Source: the human T2T-CHM13v2.0 reference genome, Homo sapiens. From it: DNA of 64,000 nucleotides. The stretch lies in the NCBI RefSeq assembly GCF_009914755.1, contig NC_060926.1; one strand, 5' to 3'. Each line of letters begins with the position of its first letter. Position 1 is the stretch's first letter. Under the pieces are notes generated by a model that had not been told where the DNA came from, made no database searches, and saw nothing but the letters and a program-made list of their open reading frames with translations. The position numbers were made by a program, and so were the translations under genes. Below, piece after piece: positions 55,335 to 64,000 of this stretch.

Positions 55335-55545
55335 TCTTGAGCTTCAGATCCTGGATCTACTGCTTCTTTGCCATGTGACATGGAGCAATTAAATACACTT
55401 CTCTGTGCCTCAATTTTCTCGTGTGGAAAATGGAACAGGTAATAATACCTAACTCATTGTGTTGCTATGAGGATAAAAGAAAGTTAACACTTGTAAGCTG
55501 TAGAGAGTGCCCATTGAAAGTGCTCAGTAAATGTTATTTTTAGCT
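55335..55545 (+). mobile_element. MIR SINE
   Basis: 'TTCTCTGTGCCTCAATTTTCTCGTGTGGAAAATGGA...AATAATACCTAACTCATTGTGTTGCTATGAGGAT'. Confidence 0.75.
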
Positions 55546-56094
55546 CACAGAAAGCTTATTTTATTGCATGGACCTTCAGTAAAAGCTGTGTCCCCGTCAG
55601 TGAGCATCCTTGTCCACCTCTACTCACCTTACCCTCTCCTCCAGGATTCTCAGTTACACATTTAAATGCCCCCCATGCAAGAGGATGTTCTCCATACTCT
55701 CTGCTCCCAAAGGGCAGACACTCTCAGGTTTTACCTATTTTATCTTTTATCCTGTGGGTTACATTGGTAAGTCTTAGGACCACTGCTAAATGGAAGGCAA
55801 GAGCTTACCTTAGACTCTCTCATCCTCTAAAGGGCTATGACCACTGTGCTCAGTAAATACTTTTTTATCAGAGTTTGACTTGATCTTTGTATTCAAATTA
55901 ATAAAATTTCCTTAAGTGGCCTGAGATATTCATCCCTCGTACCTAAAGAAGCCCAGTAAATCACCCATAAGCCCCAGCAGACCCAAACTCGAAGAGTTTG
56001 TTCTTCCAGGTCTCAGGATTCGTCAGAGTTTGTTTCCAAGCCTGGACACACAAGTGTCCCTCCACTTCTAAGAGGAGATCTAATGTTCTCTCAC

Positions 56095-56270
56095 TTGCCT
56101 TCCTTCAAACTTTGGGGAGATTAACACTGGAGGCTTGTTTCAATAGAAGATCCCTGGGCCTGCATCCCAGAGATGATAATTTGGCAGGTTTGGAGTGAAG
56201 ATCAGGTGTCTAAATGGTATCAAGTCTCCAGGTGATGCTGATGAAGGTGACGACCTTTTGGAAGACAGAG
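56095..56270. mobile_element. MER5-family MITE
   Basis: 'AGATCCCTGGGCCTGCATCCCAGAGAT...CAAGTCTCCAGGTGATGCTGATG'. Confidence 0.6.
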
Positions 56271-56557
56271 GAATGGGTGTTATCCTTGAGTGCTTTTTTC
56301 CAAAACCTAGCACAATGTCTGGCACATGCTTGCTGGTCTGACCCCAAAGTAGCCACTACTATCTAGGGACAAACCAGTATGGAATTGAATTAAAGTTAGG
56401 GCATTAGACATGACACCGGAAATCCCACTGGTCCCATGCTTTATCTGCACCGTTCTTTTCCCTGCTCAGAGCCATTCTCAGCCTCACTTTGCACCTTGTT
56501 GACAACTATCTGGCTGGTTCTGGGAGCATCCGGCTCTCTTACATCACCATCTTGGCC

Positions 56558-57276
56558 CCTGCAGTTACACATGGGCACGTGGTTCTGTGTTCCACCATCC
56601 GTACCAGCCTCAAAAATAAGCTCAGGTGACTAGAGACTACAAGCAATCTGGAGGAAAGTGAAGAAACTTGGGCCAAATTCCAAGAGGAAACCAAGCCAAG
56701 AGTGTTCAGCCCTCCTCTCTGTTTCCCCTTGGCTTTACAGGAACTGGTGGCTTCGGGAAAATTGAGGCTGTGGCTGCCGGCATTTGTACTTGTTGTCTGA
56801 TGGGGAATAAGAGGATGATTAGGTGGGCAGGGAGTGAAGCCAATGCAAATGTTGTGGGCTGAAAAAAAAATGCTGAGGAGTTTTGAAATCTTTTTTGAAT
56901 CTGACACGGCTCAGTCCCATTGCATCCTGACTGCTGCCCACCCCCATCCCTTACATACCCTAGCTCCATCCAGAAAGCAAAGCAGAGACAAGGAGAGCAG
57001 CTTCCCAGAAAATGGAGCGCCTGGGGTGGCTCAGCATGTGGCACTTGAGTGTTGAATGAAACCAAGCTTGAAGAAACAAGCAATCTGGGTCTGAGTTACA
57101 GGTCCTTCACCCATAATGTATTCATTTAGGCTCGGTTGTCTCCTTTGAAAAATGAGGCGATAGGAGGCAGTGGACTAAAAGGGTTTTTGTACTGTAGTAT
57201 GTCGTCACCTGAGCTTATTTTTAAGGCTGGCACGGGGAGTAGAACACAGAACCATGTGCCCACATGTAACTGCAGG
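56558..57276. repeat. 73-bp inverted repeat (56558-56630 / 57204-57276), 64/73 identical, ungapped, 573-bp spacer
   Basis: Left arm CCTGCAGTTACACATGGGCACGTGGTTCTGTGTTCCACCATCCGTACCAGCCTCAAAAATAAGCTCAGGTGAC vs reverse complement of right arm CCTGCAGTTACATGTGGGCACATGGTTCTGTGTTCTACTCCCCGTGCCAGCCTTAAAAATAAGCTCAGGTGAC. Confidence 0.95.
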
Positions 57277-58107
57277 ACCAAAATAAACCAACGACCCAAG
57301 TTATTTTACCCACTCCTTTCTCAAAGTATACTATCGTAGGAAGCTCACCTATGTGAGCTGCAGAATTCCTGAATCTGTTAAATATGAATAATTTTGATAG
57401 CCTCCATTTTACAGATATTGATGAAGAGAAAACTAATAAACAAGAGTAAGCAAGTAAGCACCTAGAAATGGTAAATTATTATAAATGTGTACAATCATCT
57501 TGAGAATGATAGTGTTCTGCTGTCTTCTTCATTATTAATGAACTAGACAACCTTATTGAAAACAGACAATAGTGAATAGCAAGAAGATAAATATCACATT
57601 TTGCATTCAAGACTTCCTCTCTACAAAGAGAAATTTCATCTTATAAATATCTCATGTTATTTATTCAATTACTTCATTGTACACTGCTCTTTCCCACCTC
57701 AATTTATATGGGGATAAGAGCCTAGATTGTTTTTCCTTTGTACTTGAAACTCAGGGTGATTCCTGTATTTTGCACTACATAATCATCTTACCCCATTTTC
57801 CTTTGCCTGTGTTAGATTTTAATATTTGAAAATAGGCAATTGCTTACCTTCTAGAGAGGTGGTGATTTACTACTCATATAGCTCAACTCCAAAAGTATGA
57901 GACAGCACAGAATTTATGCAGGTTAATGACACTTTTTGCTGTACCAATTTCAGCTAGCCCTACTACTTATTCTCCAGTTCTCAAGAAATAACACAGGGGC
58001 ACTAGGTTGAAATCCCATCATCACCTAAACTCTGCAAACATTCAGTCTTAGTAAAATGCATTGAACATAACCAGCACTCTTAATTAACATGAGTTAACCT
58101 GACTACT

Positions 58108-58472
58108 TGTCTTAGTTGCTTCGGGCTGCTGTAACAAAATACCTCAGAATGAGCAGCTTACAAACAACAGAACTTTATTGCTCACAGGTCTGGAGGCTGG
58201 CCAGTCCAAGATCAAAGTGCCAGCAGATATGGTATCTGGTAAGGGCTTGCTCTCTGCTTCATAGATGACATCTTGTTGCTGGGTGCTAACATGGCAGAAG
58301 AGACAAATTCCCTCAGGCCTCCTTCATGAGGGCACTAGTCCCATTCATGAGCACAGAGCCCTCATGACCTAATCACTTCCCAAATGACCTATCTCTTCAT
58401 ACCATCACCTTGGGGGTTAGATTTGAACATATGAATTCTGGGAGGGGGGACACAAACATTTAACTCACAGTA
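58108..58472 (-). mobile_element. MaLR solo LTR (MLT1A/MLT1A0-like)
   Basis: 'TGTCTTAGTTGCTTCGGGCTGCTGTAACAAAATACC...TTGCTCACAGGTCTGGAGGCTGG'; TSD-like CTACT/CCACT. Confidence 0.9.
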
Positions 58473-58734
58473 CCACTTGAAGCAGATTCTAGATGAGGTG
58501 AGGGCATAATATCTTGTACTTAAACTGTACTTCCTACTTTAAGAAATGCTTAAACATATCTCATTTGCCCTCCACATTAATTTAGCTATTAGCCCATTTT
58601 ACAGATTAGATGCTAAACAAAGGCAAGAGGTCATTTGACTGCTTTGCAGAAAAGCATAAAACCATCCCATATGAGAAGTGGGAGATATTTGTAGCCCCCT
58701 CACTTCAAGTACTGTTAATAGAGATAAGGCAAAG

Positions 58735-58940
58735 CAGAATACACAGAGTGCTGGAAGCCAACATATCTGAATCCAAGTTCTGCTTCTGCCACTTATTAGC
58801 TGTGTAGCCTTGGGCATTTCACCCACAAATACTGAGCTAATAATAAGCTACCTCTCTGGGTTGCTGTGATGGTTAAATAAAATAAGTCAAGGAACAGGCC
58901 TTGCTTTGATGCCTGTCACCCAGTAACCACTCAAAAAAGA
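58735..58940 (+). mobile_element. MIR SINE fragment
   Basis: 'TTCTGCCACTTATTAGCTGTGTAGCCTTGGGCA'. Confidence 0.7.
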
Positions 58941-59060
58941 ATGCTTTATAACCAAAGTACACAGTGCCACCTGTTCTTCCTAATTAACGCCCCTCATAAA
59001 CACACCCAAACGAAATATCAAACCACGTAAAATTCTATCCATGTCCCTAGGAAGATATAA

Positions 59061-59493
<433 letters not shown>

Positions 59494-60438
59494 GGCAATT
59501 TCTTTTACTATCTTTGACCTACACAGACAGACTTCCTTATTCCTCTTTACCCTTGATTAATGGCATATTTCACAGGTGATTTACAAGCTTGTAACTCATG
59601 ATGTCCTAAGAAGCCTGACGGAACCATAATCTTTGGTTTATCCATCCATCACATTTTAGTAACCTAACCTGAGAAACAGGTATCATTCTTTGTCCAAAGG
59701 AATTGCTTCATGCTCTCAGGCAGTCCATGTTCCAGGATTCTTTCCTCCCTTCCTGTCCCAGCACAGACACCAAGAAAATGGGATTCCTTCAGGGAGGGCT
59801 TGGATGGAATCCAATTCAAAGACATATAATTGGCAGTTTTTTCATCTTTCAAAGTCCTTTACAATAGTCATGATGTTACAGTCAGACTTGCTTTGATTCA
59901 CACAAAGCATTGCCTCACCTCCAAGACTGTTGCTAGGATATAGGGGATATCACAACTCCTGAATACATGGGCGGAAGGAAAAGATTTTCCTCCTCCTTAC
60001 AAATGCCATTCCAATTCTTGCTCTGCTTTTCTTCAAGGCCAAACTGAGGACAAAAGAATGGGGTTACCAGTATGAAGTATTCAACATAAAAGTCAGAAAC
60101 CAGAGGCACCAGTGCCTGACTGGGAATGGGGATGGGGAGGTCCTGTGGGAGAGAAAGTTTTGCTTGTAACAGTTGTGAGGTGATCACTATGTGGACCAGA
60201 TCCAGAGCCGGAAGGGTGACTGTGTGCCTGTGTGCATGTCCACCTGCATGAGCACGTGCATTGCAGGGAGGAGAGGGTATTACAAATCAACAAGACTGAA
60301 ACACCCCATTCTTCCCTGTCTAAAGTCAATAAGTCAGGGAAGGGAGCTCTAGAATCTATTAAGCTTTGAGCAGCTTGAGGCCCTATTAATATGTAAATAT
60401 GGGATCTGGAAAGGCTAACATATTAAAGGGTTATCCAC

Positions 60439-61565
60439 TGTGGTAGGTTTTCAATACATCCACAAAGTTTTCGATACTCCCCCCTTCAAAAGGTGGAGCC
60501 CAATTCCTCTTTTCTTAAGTGTGGATTGTATTTAGTGACTCACTTCTAGCTGAAAAAAAAAAGTGGGGGGAAGGTGGGTAGACCATGTAACAAACCTGCA
60601 TATGTACCTTCTGAACCAAAACTTAAAAATAATAAATTTTAAAACAAATAAATAAAAAAGAAAAATAACAAAATTACAGATCAACATGAATAAATGTAAG
60701 TATAGCTTTCTTTTTTATCTTAATCACTGTACATGCTGTTCCTAGATTAATCATAGAAAAGCTTCTACTTAAAGCCACTTTCCTGCACTTGGCCAATTTT
60801 AAATAGGCCAGGATTCTACAGAAAGTCTTTATAATTATATTATTTTTAAAGAAAACAGAATGATTTGAAGTAAAATATTGGGGACTGGTAAAAGGGGCGT
60901 ATTTTTAAGGGTGCATGCAAATCCCAATCACTTATTTTTACCCTTGTAGTTTTGGAGCAGATTGTTTTTGCATCTGTGTAGAAAGTGCTACTAAATTTTC
61001 TTGCTTGGATTGTATAATTTCTATTTAGAAACTCAAACCACTGATATTAGCTACATTATGTTTCTCTGTATTCCAAAAGGAAAGTTACAATATAGTGAAA
61101 TATAAAAGATTGTTTTGGGGAAAAAAAAAAGAATGTGGTAGAGTGACAGCAACACTGTCATGAGATTAGGACACAAAAGGCTGAGTGGCTCCCATCTTAT
61201 TTCTCTTTCATATCAGCCATTCTAGGGAGAGCCATGCCATCGGGATACTCAAGCAGCCCCATGGGGCCACTTACAAGGAAAGGAACTGAGGTGTCCTGAC
61301 AGCAGTAGCCCACCAGGAACTGAGGACTCCAGCCAACAGCCACATGAGTGAGCCATCTTAGAAGCTGATCCCCCAGCTGCTGCCAAGGGCTCAAGGATGA
61401 CTGAAGCCCCAGCCAATATCTCGAAAGACCCATGTCAGAGCCATTTGACTAAACTCCTCCCAAATTCCTGACCCAAATAAACTACGAAGTAACAAATACT
61501 TGCTGCTTTAAGCAAAGCAACTCAGTATTGGGTTAATTTGTTTTGCAGCAGTAGAATCTAATACA
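60439..61565 (+). mobile_element. MaLR solo LTR (MLT1F-like) split by an insertion of about 570 bp
   Basis: TG...CA ends; TSD TCCAC/TCCAT; 'TTAGTGACTCACTTCTAG' (about 60550) rejoins 'AGAATGTGGTAGAGTGAC' (61130). Confidence 0.85.
60563..61130 (+). mobile_element. Short L1 3' terminus plus about 450 bp of non-L1 sequence plus poly(A): probable L1 3' transduction
   Basis: 'TGTAACAAACCTGCATATGTACCTTCTGAACCAAAACTTAAAAATAA' with A-rich tail, then unique AT-rich DNA, AATATAAAA about 15-20 nt before A10; GAAAAAAAAAAG at both junctions. Confidence 0.7.
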
Positions 61566-62106
61566 TCCATTTTTCTCCAGCAACGTATTAGTTCAGATTA
61601 GCTAACCACACAGGCACCAAAGAAATTAGGCCTAGGACTAAGGTGTTTTAAAGAGAGAAGGAGAGTCAGATATTTTTTATATCCTTTTCTTATTAATGTA
61701 TGCTGACAGAGAAGACAAGCTGGGGTAGAGCACAGTGGGAAATCTATGACACCAGAGCCAGCAGGCCCAAGAGGAGATAGGAGGGATCCAGAGAGGAACT
61801 GTGACCTTTTCCCAATGTTACCGAGAACTTGTCTCTTGGTCATCACAGGTCTGGACCTACCTTCTGCTTCCCAATGATGAGAGTGACCTACACCCAATGG
61901 AGCAAGACGACAAGTACAGAAAACCAGAAGCAGGAAGACCAATCACGGACAAGAAGGCCTGAATATCTCCAGTTTGACTACCCTAAGATGGAAGAACTGA
62001 CAGTTCAAAGTGTCCCAATATTTTATAAAGACCAGCCTGTGCCATGCACCACATGGGTTTAAATTACCAGGCCAGTGACTGTGAACATAACAAGGTTCCT
62101 ACAGCA

Positions 62107-62275
62107 ACAGTTCCTAGACCTAGCTATACATTAACACGTGAGAAGCTTTGGGGAAGTGCCTCATCTCAGAACCTATGGAATCAGAATCTCTGGAAGTGGG
62201 CCCAGGGCTACAACTGAGAAGCTTCTCAGAGTCAGAAAGCATCAGAAAATGTTGGATCAGTGGTTTTGGTCACAT
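62107..62275. mobile_element. MER5A-like MITE
   Basis: 'ACCTATGGAATCAGAATCTCTGGAAGTGGGCCCAGG'. Confidence 0.65.
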
Positions 62276-62596
62276 GGTTGCCTCACTGGCCCCAGATTTC
62301 CCATCTACAAGAAGAAATAAAAACAACTTCCCCACAATAAGTTAGATACTGCCAGAACACCCTGAGCTCATCTGAAGAAAGTTACCACCCAAATACAGGG
62401 TTTGTTGTTGATGTTATTCTGCTCAAGGAACACAGTTGCTTGTAGACCACTTTGAGTTGCTACAGAAGCCTACTTTCCTTTGGAAATAAACCTTTGAAGC
62501 TGTTCAGTATCCACCTGCAGTGAAAAACATGCAAAATGGGGCTTCTTCCAAGGACATTTACTCTGAAAGTGGCCTTCAAGGCAACTGGGTTTTGAA

Positions 62597-62625
62597 GTGT
62601 GTGTGTGTGTGTGTGCGTATGTGTG
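62597..62625. repeat. (TG)n microsatellite
   Basis: Direct read. Confidence 0.85.
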
Positions 62626-63623
62626 CATGGTAGAGAGTCAGTCTCATATCCATGGCTTGCTGTTTTTTGGCATTTGTGCGCATTATCCTAGGAACTGGCC
62701 TGACATTCTCTGGTAGCACAGGCTCTTATCACAGAAGCTCACCCACAAATTATAGCCCTGAGAAGCCACTAGTAGCATCTAAATGTTTCCCAAAACACAG
62801 AAAGGAAATACACGAATATGTTGATTATGGATATTGCTGGATAGTGGGATTTCAGGTAATTCAATGCTTTTCTCTTTATAGTTTTATGTTGTTTACATTC
62901 TTTTACAATGGTCATACATTATGTATAATCAGAAAATAATGTGTTGGGGTTTTGTTACTACAAGTGGGAGGAGGTAGCAGGAGGAGATAGGTAGTATCAG
63001 AACCCAGACAGAGCAGCATGAAGAAAGCTGGATCTAACAAGCTTGTGAGGGCGGGGTGTGGGGGCACAATGGCAGAGCCTGTTTGGGAGTTAGAGACACT
63101 GCTGGAGATGCTACCTGATGCAGAGAGTTGGCAGAGTAGCCAGTATCTCCCCTCCTCCCTCTATGCAATTTCCTGCCTGTGCATCTCTATGGCTGACCCT
63201 GACTATGCAGGGCAGAGGCTGAGAACAAGGAATCAATCTGAGAGCAAACAGAGAAATGACTGGCACCATCACTTTTCATAATTATTTTCCATCTTATCTT
63301 TTGATGTTTGGGAGCATGGGGAGAGATAAGCCCACACTCTCCTACAGCACTCCTGGCACCATGACACCAAAAAGAGAATGCATTTTTAAAGCACTGTGAA
63401 AAGCACCTAGCTAGATTGCATAAGTTCATTTTTTTTAAGGAAAGGCCCTAAGGCACCAAAACCAGAGTGGGAGGAAGGAATACAATTCACAAAATGAACT
63501 GTATTGCTCATTGGAAATGTCTTCTACACAGGTTTAGATATTTAGGCCTATTCATAAAATTTATAAACAGATGGATAAGGTTTCATCACTTATTTGCAAG
63601 AGGTAGAAAATAGTTTTTCTAGC

Positions 63624-63673
63624 CTAGGTTTTCTAGGTAAGTCAAAACAAGGCTAGGTTTTCTAGGTAAGTCA
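63624..63673 (+). repeat. 21-bp perfect direct repeat with 8-bp spacer
   Basis: CTAGGTTTTCTAGGTAAGTCA at 63624-63644 and 63653-63673. Confidence 0.9.
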
Positions 63674-64000
63674 CCCCTTTCCTCATCTTCTTTGTTCTAT
63701 GTGTAACCAGGCACAGCTCTGAACCATGGTGACTCCATTGCAACAGCAACAACAATAATAATCCACTTGAAAATGAGAGAAACAAATACTCACCAAACCA
63801 CCTAAGAATGTGCAGACTTTTTGTGGTTATACTAGTTCTGGAAGACAAGCATCATCTACTCCTCCAGTACCTAGTCATGCACTTCACGTTTTAAACAACA
63901 TTAGATTCGATCGTGGTTTATGGAATATCCTGTAAGTATGGGTTAACTAGGTTTCCGTTTTAATTCTCTTTATACACACCTCCCATTCATTTATTAGAAT

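Noticed and set aside
53432-58472. Two MLT1A-type LTRs as the ends of one provirus
   Set aside because: Opposite orientation, each with its own TSD-like flanks, and no internal MaLR sequence between them; independent solo LTRs

Overview
Primate, almost certainly human, non-coding genomic DNA (intronic or intergenic). An Alu carrying what I recognise as all six AluYg6 diagnostic substitutions sits at 59196-59493. I find no recognisable host protein-coding exon, RNA gene, CpG island or CRISPR array. The long ORFs in the track are L1 ORF1/ORF2 remnants, a Charlie/hAT transposase remnant, Alu read-throughs or microsatellite translations. The window is a mosaic of a near-full-length inactive L1PA7-like element (36623-43055, minus strand), six Alus, many MaLR/ERVL solo LTRs, MER82, MER44A, Charlie1a, Charlie4a and MER5 DNA transposons, L2/L3/MIR fossils and microsatellites. 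Subfamily names come from recalled consensus sequences and need RepeatMasker/Dfam confirmation. I cannot support a claim of a new biological system. The most interesting signals are structural: (1) two probable L1 3' transductions, one of about 450 bp inside an MLT1 LTR and one of about 30 bp bounded by a perfect 14-bp TSD; (2) a 73-bp, 88%-identical inverted repeat in unique DNA with a 573-bp spacer; (3) a templated fold-back insertion inside an MLT1C LTR; (4) a cluster of local templated duplications at 15.9-17.0 kb; (5) an open ORF0-like antisense ORF in the otherwise dead L1; (6) a possible very old Gypsy-type gag-pro fossil; (7) a few weak minus-strand exon-like segments.
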